Source: Candidatus Berkelbacteria bacterium
Lineage (GTDB): Bacteria > Patescibacteriota > UBA1384 > 2-12-FULL-50-11
NCBI GenBank assembly: GCA_016432625.1
Contig: CP066697.1
Coordinates: 522,561 to 586,560, forward strand
DNA length: 64,000 nt
Direction: 5' to 3'
Under the pieces are notes generated by a model that searched no databases, was not told where the DNA came from, and was given only the letters and a program-made list of their open reading frames with translations. The translations under genes and the position numbers were made by a program. How positions within the stretch are numbered: the stretch's first letter is position 1; each line of letters begins with the position of its first letter. Below, piece after piece: positions 30,159-40,600 of this stretch.

Positions 30159-31271
30159 ATGCCGCGGCCGTGGCAACGCAGGCATAAAGCCCTTTTGTTC
30201 GTGCTTAGCTTACTCATTTCGGTCTTCCCTGTTGCAAGAACGAGAGCCGCATTGGTCACTTCGTTTTCTGACACACTGGCGACGATCAAAGAGTCAGTAC
30301 CCACAAATCACACCCTTCGCTTTACAATTAATGATTCATGGGATGAGAACGATACAATCACGATCGATTTCCCCAATACCTTTAATACGTCTGGTTTTGC
30401 TGATAGCGAGCCTGAGGACTACGACGTCACTGACGACGGCGTCGATCAAAACCTGGTAGCAACTGGCGGTTGTACCGGCGCTGCGAACGAGGTCCAGATT
30501 GCCGCCGTCAACACAACGACCGACACTTTTACCTTCACCCGATGCGCCGGTGATGGAGCGATCGCGAACGGCTCTATTATCACTATAGAAATCGGCACGA
30601 ATGCAACTTTCGGTGCTGCGGGTAATGATCAGATTACTAATCAAACTGCGGCTGAAAACGATACCGACCCGACCGTGACTCTTGGCGGAACATTTGGCGG
30701 CAGTGGCACCTTGGCGCTTGAGATTGTCATTGACAACGACTCGCTAGTTAGTGTTACGGTGCTCCCTCGAATTAGCTGCGTATTCGGCGGCATGACTGTT
30801 ACATTTCCTGACGCAACCGGCACTGTAATTACCGCGGCTACTAATACCACAATTACCGCCGGCACTAACGCTCAAAATGGTTTTTCAGTCACCGTTTACG
30901 ACCAGGGCAACGGCACTAACCCCGGGTTATATAAAGGTAGTGCGCCCACCTATCTTATCGGTTCGGCAAATAGTGCTTTTGGAGATACGGCGACTTTGGC
31001 AACGAACGTTGACGGTTTCGGTATTCAGGGCACAGCCACACAAGGAGACATTGGTTCGGCAACGCTGACGATCGCTGCACGCTACAACCAGGCAGGAAAT
31101 AATGTCGGTGGGCTGGAAATTAACCCGGCAGGTGCCCAGACTCTCGCTAGTACCACTGGGCCCGCCAACAACACAATTACTACTGTCACTCATAAAATGG
31201 CCGCTTCAATGTTAGCACCGAGTGGCACTTACACCGACACGCTCACATATGTTTGTACGGGGATTTTTTGA
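30159..31271 (+). CDS. Secreted two-domain pilin/WxL-like subunit P1
   Basis: Signal peptide, FSDTL..IKESV..NHT domain, TNAQNGF, GFGI, C-terminal SGTYTDTLTYVCTGIF. Confidence 0.75.
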   Translation: MPRPWQRRHKALLFVLSLLISVFPVARTRAALVTSFSDTLATIKESVPTNHTLRFTINDSWDENDTITIDFPNTFNTSGFADSEPEDYDVTDDGVDQNLVATGGCTGAANEVQIAAVNTTTDTFTFTRCAGDGAIANGSIITIEIGTNATFGAAGNDQITNQTAAENDTDPTVTLGGTFGGSGTLALEIVIDNDSLVSVTVLPRISCVFGGMTVTFPDATGTVITAATNTTITAGTNAQNGFSVTVYDQGNGTNPGLYKGSAPTYLIGSANSAFGDTATLATNVDGFGIQGTATQGDIGSATLTIAARYNQAGNNVGGLEINPAGAQTLASTTGPANNTITTVTHKMAASMLAPSGTYTDTLTYVCTGIF

Positions 31272-31311
31272 AACTTTACAGGATGCAAAACCGGTCATAT
31301 ACTGGCAACAG

Positions 31312-32415
31312 ATGAGGGGGAAGTTGTTTAAGCAGTTTATTATCGGCTGTGCCATAGTACTTCTAGGCGGCTTGTTCCCCGTCCTACCCGCTCATGCCGC
31401 AGCAGTCACTTCATTCTCCGATACGCTTTCAACCATAAAAGAAAGTGTCGTCGCCAACCACACCTTCACCTTTACAATCGTGGACGATTGGCAGGCTGGT
31501 GAAACGCTGTCTCTTGCTTTCCCAGCTGGTTTTTCTGCCGCTGGATTCGCTAACACTGAGCCAGAAGACTTTGACGTGACTGATGACGGAGCCGATCAAA
31601 CCCTGGTCGCTAGCGGTGGCTGTAGCGGCGCAGCGATTGAAGTTGAGATTACGACAACTGACATTGTCGATCCTATAGGATTTACCTTCACCCGTTGTGC
31701 GGGTGATGCGACAATTGCTGCTGGTTCAATAGTTACTATCGAAATCGGTACTCATGCTACTAGCGGTGCTGCTGGGAACGACCAAATAACGAACCAAACC
31801 GCGGCTCAAAACGGCACTAACGCTATAATTACTTTGGCTGGTGGCGGAGGGTACACCGACACTGGATCGCTGGCAGTGGAGATAGTCGCTGACAACGACG
31901 TGACTGTTAACGCAACTGTCGACCCGAGAATAACTTGCGCATTCGCCGGCCTGACAACGACGTTCGCTTCACTAGCCGGTCCTATTACGACTTCAGACAC
32001 CACAACAACGGTGACAATTAGTACTAACGCGCCGAATGGGTTTACGTTGAGCGTTAGAGATGAAGGCAACGGTACAAACCCGGGTCTTTACAAAAGCGTG
32101 GCGCCAACCTACTTAATCGGTTCTGCCGACAGTGCTTTCGCCGATACGGCGCTACTAGCTAACGATGTTGACGGCTTCGGGGTTCAAGGCTCTGTCGCGG
32201 GCGGTTCCGGAGCAGCCGTAACAGTTGCCGCTCGCTACGACCAATCAGGCAATAACGTCGGCGGCTTAGAACGCGTTGCGACAACTCTTGCCTCAGCCAC
32301 TGGAGCAGTAGCAAGTCGGGTAGTTAGCGTTGTCCATAAAGCCGCGGTATCGGGTTTAGCTAACGCCGGCGCCTACACTGATACTTTAACTTACGTTTGT
32401 ACGGGAATATTCTGA
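31312..32415 (+). CDS. Secreted two-domain pilin/WxL-like subunit P2
   Basis: Paralog of P1; DVTVNATVDPRITC; AGAYTDTLTYVCTGIF; TTTACA-N17-TATACT promoter at 31275-31303. Confidence 0.75.
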   Translation: MRGKLFKQFIIGCAIVLLGGLFPVLPAHAAAVTSFSDTLSTIKESVVANHTFTFTIVDDWQAGETLSLAFPAGFSAAGFANTEPEDFDVTDDGADQTLVASGGCSGAAIEVEITTTDIVDPIGFTFTRCAGDATIAAGSIVTIEIGTHATSGAAGNDQITNQTAAQNGTNAIITLAGGGGYTDTGSLAVEIVADNDVTVNATVDPRITCAFAGLTTTFASLAGPITTSDTTTTVTISTNAPNGFTLSVRDEGNGTNPGLYKSVAPTYLIGSADSAFADTALLANDVDGFGVQGSVAGGSGAAVTVAARYDQSGNNVGGLERVATTLASATGAVASRVVSVVHKAAVSGLANAGAYTDTLTYVCTGIF

Positions 32416-32453
32416 TGCTTGACATGGTTCGGCCTAAAGTAGAGATTGGAAGT

Positions 32454-33581
32454 ATGAGGGGGAAAACTAAGACCTACCGCTTCGGTATGGGTTTGATTGT
32501 CGCCGTTCTGGTAGTCGGTATCTCGGGGCTGGGGTTGTCGCCGGCTTTGGCAGCTAACGTCGCCAGTTTTTCCGACGTCTTGTCGACGATCAAAGAAAGC
32601 GTGGTCGCCAACCACACTTTGACGTTCACAATTCAGGACGCCTGGAACGCTTCCGAAACACTAACGCTTGATTTTCCGGCGGGTTTCTCCAATGCAGGTT
32701 TCGCCAATACTGAAGCTGAGGACTACGACATCACCGACGACGGCGCCGAGAAAGCGATAGTTGCCAGCGGAAGCTGCGCGGCTAACAGTATCGAAATAAC
32801 GACTGTCGACACAGTCGACCCTGTCGGTTTCACCTTTACTTACTGCGCCGGCTCTACCGCCATCGCCGCCAGCTCAATTATTGTCATCGAGATTGGCACT
32901 AACGCCACAAACGGTGCGGCGGGCAACGACCAAATAACGAACCAAACTGCTGCCCAAAACAACACTAACGGTAAAATCACCCTGACCGGCGGCGGTGGTT
33001 TCACCGACACCGGTTCGTTAGCCCTCGAAATTGTTGCCGACAACGACGTGACTGTTAACGCTACCGTTGACCCTTCAATAACCTGCGCATTTACCGGGCT
33101 TACAACTACTTTCAGTTCGTTAACTACTGGTGCCGTTTCGACTTCTGACACTCAAACGACAGTTACTGTCAGCAGCAATGCTGGAAATGGTGTCAATATA
33201 ATCGTCTATGACGCCGGCAACGCCACCAACCCTGGTCTCTATAAAAGTGCGGCGACAACGTATCTGATCGGCTCGGCGGACGGTGCGTTTGGCAACATCG
33301 CTACACTGGCTGCAGGAACTGACGGTTTCGGTATTTCTGGTGCTAGCTCTGCGGGGTCGGGTGCAGCCCTGACTGTTGATGGTCGCTTCGATGCCTCAGG
33401 CGGCGCTAACGAAATGGGTGGTTTGGAAGTTGGCGCCGGTGCGGCAGTTTCAATCGCTGCTTCCACTGGTGCTTTAGCGAGTCGAGTCCTGACCGTTACT
33501 CATAAAGCCGCCGTTTCTGGTTTAGCGCCCGCCGGTTCTTACACTGACACGATTACCTACGTCTGCACTGGGATCTACTAA
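32454..33581 (+). CDS. Secreted two-domain pilin/WxL-like subunit P3
   Basis: Paralog of P1/P2; DVTVNATVDPSITC; AGSYTDTITYVCTGIY; TTGACA at 32419. Confidence 0.75.
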   Translation: MRGKTKTYRFGMGLIVAVLVVGISGLGLSPALAANVASFSDVLSTIKESVVANHTLTFTIQDAWNASETLTLDFPAGFSNAGFANTEAEDYDITDDGAEKAIVASGSCAANSIEITTVDTVDPVGFTFTYCAGSTAIAASSIIVIEIGTNATNGAAGNDQITNQTAAQNNTNGKITLTGGGGFTDTGSLALEIVADNDVTVNATVDPSITCAFTGLTTTFSSLTTGAVSTSDTQTTVTVSSNAGNGVNIIVYDAGNATNPGLYKSAATTYLIGSADGAFGNIATLAAGTDGFGISGASSAGSGAALTVDGRFDASGGANEMGGLEVGAGAAVSIAASTGALASRVLTVTHKAAVSGLAPAGSYTDTITYVCTGIY

Positions 33582-33584
33582 ACT

Positions 33585-34574
33585 ATGCCGACCCTTTGGA
33601 TGCGTCGACTCGGGCTCGGAATGTTTCTGGTCGCAATTTTGCTTGGGCTAGAAGCCACTGGAACAAGGGCGCAGAACCCGGCCGGCATCACTGTCACTCC
33701 AGTTACTGACGCGTTCGACATTAAGCCTGGCGAGTCAATCTCAAGGTTAATAAGAGTCATTAACCCCGTTTCGCATGAGGTGACGCTCTATCCACGCGTG
33801 ATGGATTACCACACCGACAACGAAGAGGGTCAGCCGCAGTTCTTTACTGTGAAGGAGCGAAGTTCGCCCTACGCAATGTCAACGTGGGTCAAATTTTCAA
33901 AACCACTTCTAAAAATTTTGCCTAATGAAGAAGAAAAATTTGAAGTTACTATTGCCGCGCCGCAAAATGCTGACGCCGGCGGCCATTATGCGGCAGTACT
34001 TTTTTCAACTGAGGAGCCGAAACTGGATGAGGATCAGAGCCAAATAGGCGTTATCGGCTTAGTTGGCACTCTGCTTTTGGCCAAAGTCCCAGGTGAAGTA
34101 GACGAACGGATGATCTTGCAAGAATTCACGGCACCGCGACTCCTTATCAATCCGCCAGCTGATTTCTCCATCCTTTTCTCTAATTTAGGTAACGTCCATC
34201 TACGGCCAAAGGGCGAGATAAAAATTCGCAACTGGTCGGGCGATGTTAGGCAAACCTTAACAGTTAACGAAGGTGACGGAAACGTCTTACCCGAAAGTAA
34301 ACGTCGCTTTAAAAATAGCTGGGGCTTTGATTGGAAGGCCTTCGGCAAATATACGGCGAGCGCGGTGATTTATTACGGCAAGCCGGAACAACAACTGACC
34401 GCAACGAGAGCGCTTTATATCGTTCCGCTATGGTTCATTATCGCGGTAGCGGTGCTTATCTTAGTAATCATCTACCTCATTTGGCGTCGCCGTCGACACA
34501 GACAACCGCCGATAATGCCGAACGTACTTCCCCCACAACAAAAACAGCCACCTTCTAGGCTGGTCATGCGTTAA
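33585..34574 (+). CDS. Membrane-anchored DUF916/DUF3324-like (chaperone-like) protein C1
   Basis: Signal, ITVTP, AGGHYAAVLF, NLGNVHLRPKG, LPESKRRF, GKYTA, TM plus RRRRHR tail. Confidence 0.7.
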   Translation: MPTLWMRRLGLGMFLVAILLGLEATGTRAQNPAGITVTPVTDAFDIKPGESISRLIRVINPVSHEVTLYPRVMDYHTDNEEGQPQFFTVKERSSPYAMSTWVKFSKPLLKILPNEEEKFEVTIAAPQNADAGGHYAAVLFSTEEPKLDEDQSQIGVIGLVGTLLLAKVPGEVDERMILQEFTAPRLLINPPADFSILFSNLGNVHLRPKGEIKIRNWSGDVRQTLTVNEGDGNVLPESKRRFKNSWGFDWKAFGKYTASAVIYYGKPEQQLTATRALYIVPLWFIIAVAVLILVIIYLIWRRRRHRQPPIMPNVLPPQQKQPPSRLVMR

Positions 34575-34602
34575 CCGATTACCTTTTTGTTAAGATGAGT
34601 TA

Positions 34603-35583
34603 ATGGTATTAACACTGAGGGTCCTGCTTACTTATTCCTTGGCGCTTATTTTTGTGCCGACCGCCCTAGCCCAAACAAATTCAGTCGTTAACGCCAACGT
34701 CGTCTCGTCGGTCTCGGCGACAAACTCATCTTTCGTGGCGGATTTGGCCGAATTACCGGCCGACGGTACGTCAATGGTAACGCTAACCGCAACAATTGTT
34801 GACGCCAACAACCTGCCACTGCCGCAAAAGGAAGTTATCGTGACTTCAAACCGCGGCGATATCGACACGATCCGTTGTTACGCCGGCTCAACGCTGACAG
34901 AGGAGAATAAGGCTACCACTGACACAAACGGCGTTGCCCGTTGTGGCGCGCGTTCCTTAGTCCCAGGAGAAGCGACCTTCACCGCAACGGCAGATACTGT
35001 CATCCTCGAGGATAAGCCTGTTGTTAAATTCACTCCGTTGCCAATCCTTACCCAGCTAAAAATAACCGTGAAAACGCCCGGGGGCGGCCAAGTCACTTTA
35101 GTCCAGCCGCCCGCACCATCTGCAACGCCTAGCAGCCCGACCGGTGAAGGGCTTGATCACTCACCGTCAAGCGACAAACTTGTCGATACTGGGATTAACC
35201 TGCAGATCCCGTTCTGGGTTTTTATAATCACCGCCTTATTTTTCCTATTGATACCGGTCTTACTCCTAATAATCATCGTGCTAATCCGTAAGATTCGCCT
35301 GATGATCGGCGCCGCGCGTAAACACGCTGAAGCCGAGGAGGCGTTACTCGCTAAAATCTACACTCTCGAGCAACAGGTCGCCCAAGAACAGCATGCCGTC
35401 ACGGCTCAAGCTCAGCAGGTAACGGTCGCTAATGAAAAGTTGACCGATAAAATAGATCAAGTAAGCGACCAGCTTAGTTCGAATATTAACGGAATGTCGC
35501 AAACAACAAGCGAGGCAGTGACGCCAACAATTTTGGAGACACCAAGCGCTCCGGAAGTGCCGCCAAGTGAGCCTCAGGCTTAG
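34603..35583 (+). CDS. Invasin/Big_1-type Ig-domain protein with TM anchor and cytoplasmic coiled coil
   Basis: ADGTSMVTLTATIVDANNLPL...TDTNGVA; N-terminal VVNANV strand after the signal peptide; TM. Confidence 0.7.
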   Translation: MVLTLRVLLTYSLALIFVPTALAQTNSVVNANVVSSVSATNSSFVADLAELPADGTSMVTLTATIVDANNLPLPQKEVIVTSNRGDIDTIRCYAGSTLTEENKATTDTNGVARCGARSLVPGEATFTATADTVILEDKPVVKFTPLPILTQLKITVKTPGGGQVTLVQPPAPSATPSSPTGEGLDHSPSSDKLVDTGINLQIPFWVFIITALFFLLIPVLLLIIIVLIRKIRLMIGAARKHAEAEEALLAKIYTLEQQVAQEQHAVTAQAQQVTVANEKLTDKIDQVSDQLSSNINGMSQTTSEAVTPTILETPSAPEVPPSEPQA

Positions 35584-35605
35584 TTTTCTTGCCAAGGACG
35601 ACTAG

Positions 35606-36577
35606 ATGGTTCATAAAAACGAAACCATGCCTCGCAAAGGAGTAGCGCTTTGGCTGTTTGGCGCCCTAATAATAAGTATCGCCCTCAACATATTCTTGTC
35701 ACTTGATTGGCTGAGTGATCGCGCCGATAAATATCCCTATCTCTCAAAAAGGCTTTTCGCCGAGAACGTTAACAATATCGTCATCAATTTCGTGCCACTG
35801 CGCGCGAAACTGCGCGATTACGTCGCCCATGCCCCAAAGCGAACGGGTGTTTACTTTGAGTATTTACCAACCGGTGTCAGCATCGGCGTCAACGAAAAGG
35901 ATGTTTTCTTTTCTGCGAGCCTTGTTAAATTGCCGACGGTTATGAGGTTTTATAAACTCATCGACGAAGGGAAAATCAAATCAAGCAAACCGATTACCTT
36001 AAAAGATGAGTATATTGACAAAGGTTTTGGCGAGTTGTGGCGACGCGGCAGCGGCGCCCAAGTCTCAACGCAGGAGCTGATAGACGCTGTCACTAAGACC
36101 TCAGATAATACTGCTTTCCGAGCTATCCAAGACCTGATTAAGCCGTTCAATACCTACCAAGACGACAAGCACTCACTTAGAGACGTCTATAACTACCTTG
36201 ACATCACAGAGGATGAGGCGGGCGGTAACGCGGGTATCACGCCAAAGAACTTCTCTTCAATCCTACGTAGCCTTTACCTCTCAGCCTACCTGCCTTATAG
36301 CTTATCTAACGAGATCTTGAAGGATCTTAGCGAGTCAGAATTCAACGATTGGCTACCAGAGCCGCTGCCTCAAGAAATTAAGATTGCCCATAAATTTGGT
36401 TTATACAACGCCGAGCCGCATGAGTTTGCTGTCCACTCCGATTGCGGCATCGTTTATTACCCGCAGCGACCTTACGTGCTTTGCGTCATGGTTAATACTT
36501 ACGACGGCGCCGTAGCGCAAAAAGAGATACGAGATCTTTCGAAATCCGTCTATGATTACATCAAAGACATAAAATGA
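35606..36577 (+). CDS. Class A beta-lactamase-fold serine hydrolase, membrane-anchored
   Basis: SLVK (SxxK), SDN, HKFG (KTG-like), DCGIVY. Confidence 0.8.
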   Translation: MVHKNETMPRKGVALWLFGALIISIALNIFLSLDWLSDRADKYPYLSKRLFAENVNNIVINFVPLRAKLRDYVAHAPKRTGVYFEYLPTGVSIGVNEKDVFFSASLVKLPTVMRFYKLIDEGKIKSSKPITLKDEYIDKGFGELWRRGSGAQVSTQELIDAVTKTSDNTAFRAIQDLIKPFNTYQDDKHSLRDVYNYLDITEDEAGGNAGITPKNFSSILRSLYLSAYLPYSLSNEILKDLSESEFNDWLPEPLPQEIKIAHKFGLYNAEPHEFAVHSDCGIVYYPQRPYVLCVMVNTYDGAVAQKEIRDLSKSVYDYIKDIK

Positions 36578-36591
36578 GCTTAAATTGAACG

Positions 36592-37539
36592 ATGAAGCAA
36601 CACCACATCACTCTTTCAATCGCCGTAATTGCCGTCGTCAGTATAATTCTCAATATCTCGACCTGGTCAAAGCCAAGCAACGAGCAGAAATATCCGCTCC
36701 TCGCCAAACGCCTCTTTGTTTCCAGCCCTAATGATCTGCTGATAAATTTTACCAGCTTAAGAGAGGACCTAAGAAAGTACATCGACAAGTCCGACCATAA
36801 AATAGGCGTCTACTTCGAGTATCTGCCGACCGGTATCAGTATTAATATCAACGGTAACGACGATTATTACCGCGCCAGTTTAGTGAAACTGCCAGGGGTG
36901 ATGCGTACTTATAAACTTATTGAGGACGGCAAACTCCAAGAGCAGGAGCAGTTAGAAGTTAAGCCCTATCACCTAAACAATTTCGGAGAAAACAAAGACC
37001 TGAAAGTCGGCATGAAGAAGACCGTCGGTGAGCTCTCGGCCCTGGCGTTGCGTGACTCCAATAATACGGCCTACGAAATTATTTATGAAAAAGTGAACGG
37101 CGACATCCTTAAAAAGGAAAAGGGAGACGAGGAGACTATCAACAATGTATATAACTACCTCGACATTCCCACTCCGGGCCCTGATCAAACCTTATTTATC
37201 TCGCCGAAAAATTACTCGTCCGCCCTAAAAAGCCTCTACTTTTCTTCTTATCTAAACTACGCTGACTCCTCAAAGCTTCTTGATCACCTGACGCACTCTT
37301 CCTTCAATGATTGGCTACCTAAAAACCTGCCGAAAGACCTCCTGATTGCTCACAAATTTGGCATATTCGACCTTAATGAGCCGGCTAATTACAAAGTCCA
37401 TTCCGATTGCGGCATTGTCTATTTGCCAAAACGACCATACCTCTTATGCGTCATGGGCCAACAAGCCAATAACGACAACTTAGGGGCTGATATCGCAGAT
37501 ATTTCGAAGATTGTTTACGACTTCCTAACAAAAAACTAG
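36592..37539 (+). CDS. Class A beta-lactamase-fold serine hydrolase, paralog
   Basis: SLVK, SNN, HKFG; shares KYPxLxKRLF and GVYFEYLPTG with the preceding gene. Confidence 0.8.
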   Translation: MKQHHITLSIAVIAVVSIILNISTWSKPSNEQKYPLLAKRLFVSSPNDLLINFTSLREDLRKYIDKSDHKIGVYFEYLPTGISININGNDDYYRASLVKLPGVMRTYKLIEDGKLQEQEQLEVKPYHLNNFGENKDLKVGMKKTVGELSALALRDSNNTAYEIIYEKVNGDILKKEKGDEETINNVYNYLDIPTPGPDQTLFISPKNYSSALKSLYFSSYLNYADSSKLLDHLTHSSFNDWLPKNLPKDLLIAHKFGIFDLNEPANYKVHSDCGIVYLPKRPYLLCVMGQQANNDNLGADIADISKIVYDFLTKN

Positions 37540-37610
37540 CCCGCTTCGATCCAACACAGTCAAGGTTCGTAACAGATTGATTTTTGCTGCTAAAACAGTA
37601 GAGTCGAAGT

Positions 37611-40600
37611 ATGGAGGGGAAACTAAGGGGGCGCATAGACGGCGTGTATCGTTCGGGCGTAACCTTGCTCGCTAATACCTGGAAAAACCATCCGTACCGT
37701 TTCCCCGTGCTGTTGATAGTTTTCCTCTTATCACTCACTGTCTCTAACTCACTGGTCTTTTTCCCGAAAAACGAAGACGGCACGCGAGCCGAAACCGCCA
37801 AAGCCTCCACTTACCAATTCGTTCCGACAGGCGGTAACTTAGTGACCGGTACAGATTTGAACGCCAACTCCTTGCTTGCTGCGGCAGCCGAGGGTGTCAA
37901 CACCGGCTCATGGAAAGGCACATTGGCCGACGACAACTTTCACTGGGTAGTTGACATGCTGGCTTCCGGCACGCCCAACGTCAATATGCAACTTGATCTA
38001 GGGACAGCTAAACTGACAAATGCCAATAAGTTACTGATCCAAACCGAGATTGACATGGATAACGCCAGCCACTTGCTCACGGTGCAGATCTGTGACTGGG
38101 TCTCTTCTACCTCTGTTGACGCGGCAGCTGATAGTCAGTGCACAACTGGTGGATGGCGCTCCCTAAACAGCCAGAATGCTTCAAACGCTGATGTAACAAT
38201 TGGACTGACAACAAGTACCGGTTTTCAGTGGCATATTTTTGACGGCTACTTTACAACAGGTACGACCGGTGGTTCGGCGATCTCAACGCCGCTAACGAAT
38301 TTCACTAGCAGCGACACACAACCCATCCGTATCCGCTACTGGTCAGATTCTGACGTCACTTGTAGCTCCGACTGCAATTTGGGAATAGATTTTCTGCGCG
38401 CCACGGCTTTCGTTGATTCGATTTATCATCCAGCAGGTGTGGTAAATCAAAATGGCAGCGGTGGGGCATTAGCCGGAACGTATGCAAACGCTCACGTCGT
38501 TGGTAACTCGTCCACGGCTCAACAATCTGTCACCGCCGGTAACGCCGTTTATCTGACTGGAGCAGGAACGGCAGGGTCAGTGGCAGACTATTATCTTGTC
38601 TTCAAGAATGTCAAAACATATACCGGCGCAAATACTTTCTACTTCAAGGCTGACTACTCTTGCTCGGCTGCGACAGCTGGATTGGATCATAAATTTTCTA
38701 TTTATAACTTTGCTACTACCACCTGGGTTGATTTAAACTCGGCGGTGATTGCGTGTTCGGTGACAGATGCCACCAATGCGTGGGCTGAGAATAATATTAC
38801 GCCGTCTGATTTTATCGACGAATCGGCAAGTGACGAGGTTCGAGTTCGCTTTCTAGGAGACTTAAACAGCACTACGACCTTGAGGATCGATTTCGCCTAC
38901 TTAGTTCTTGGATCGACTAACGCTGATTCCGCCCAATGTGAGGTTACATGGGGCACTGGAACAGCAACTAACTGTGCTAACACGCGGGATCTAGTTGGCC
39001 CGGCAACAGCAACTGTTTTTTCTGACCCGGCCGAAACCCGTTCTAACACTGCTGACAACGACTATTACGCCCTTGACTGCGATTTCAATACAACCGCCAA
39101 TGAGTGCTCCGCCGCTAATATTGATTTCCCGGTAACCGTTCCCGTCGATGCCCAAGTGGTCGTCAATCACTTCGCGGGCCGATTCGCTGGAGACTTGGTT
39201 GGCACAACCAACCCAGATTTGACGGCTCAGATGGGGATCCGAGATTACTCGGGAACCCCCACGAGTACGTCTGGCCCTGGTGGTTGGACACTAGTTGGAG
39301 CCAGTTCTGCAACTTTGACACAAATATATACCGATTCAATCACGGCACTGTTGATCGGTACGTATGGAATGCAAATCAACCCAGACGATCACGTTGACAC
39401 TAATAACAATGAAATGAATCTACGCTTGCGTACCACGCTCTCTGGTTTGGACTCCCAGGATTCTCGCTGGGAGTGGGACTTCGCCATGGTAAGTATTGGC
39501 TGGGTGGTTGACTCGTCACATCCAACCCGCGATTACCAATTCGCTCCGACTGGCGATACTTTGGCAGCGGGGACAGAAACCGCTCGCCTTGCTCTAACAG
39601 CCGCCGCCAACACTGGTGTTAACACCGGTGGTTGGCAAGGAACTCTTGGCGATGACAACCTCCACTGGACGGTCAATGGAGCTAACGTTGTCGGCACAAA
39701 CTTTGATGTTCAACTAAACTTTACAACCGCCAAACAAAATGGCGCCAATATGATGTTAATCCAGACTGAGTTTGATACCGACCTAAATATCGGCGCGAAA
39801 ATCCAAATTTGCGATTGGGTCTCAAGTACGAGCGTCGACGCGGCAGCGGACGGAAACTGTACGACGGGCGGTTGGCGTTCAATCAACAGTCAGGACGCTT
39901 CCAATAACGACGTTACCTATACTGGTACCACTGCTGTGGTACTGCAATGGCATATTTTTGACGGCTATTTCACAACTGGTACCACTGGTGGTTCAGCAAT
40001 CTCAACGCCGCTCGGTAACTTCTTCCATTCCAGTAACGGCGTCAAGATCCGTTACTTCTCGACAACACAAACCGCCACTGCCATTGACATTGATTTCCTC
40101 CGTATTCAACCCATCATCGACACCATCTATCACCCGGCATCCGTGACAAATCTTAACGGAAGCGGCGGCGCTTTGGCTGGTACATACGCTAACGCTCACG
40201 TCGTTGGTAACACTGTCAGCGCCCAGCAATCGGTTACCGCTGGTAACGCCGTTTATTTAACTGGAGCAGGTACGGCAGGATCAATCGCCGATTATTACCT
40301 TTCGTTCAAAAATATCAAAACCTACGCGGGCATGAATACTTTCTACTTCAAGGCTGACTACTCCTGCTCTGCGGCAACCGCTAACTTAGATACCGAGTTC
40401 GCGATTTATAACTTCACTAGCGCTGCTTGGGAGGATTTAACGACTGCGGCCATCGCCTGCTCAACCACTGATGCCACGCATGCTTGGGCTAAAAACAATG
40501 TCACGATGGCAGATTATATTAACGGTGGTGAGACGCGGATAAGGTATTACGGTGACTTAAACAGTGCTACCACTTTGCGCTTAGACTTTGCCTATCTTGT

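Noticed and set aside
30159-33581. Alternative genetic code (UGA as Gly)
   Set aside because: TGA ends P1 and P2 at the same position where TAA ends P3, and the long ORFs are open under code 11.
35606-37539. Antibiotic resistance genes
   Set aside because: The fold is supported but the deacylation motif is not evident, so resistance cannot be claimed.
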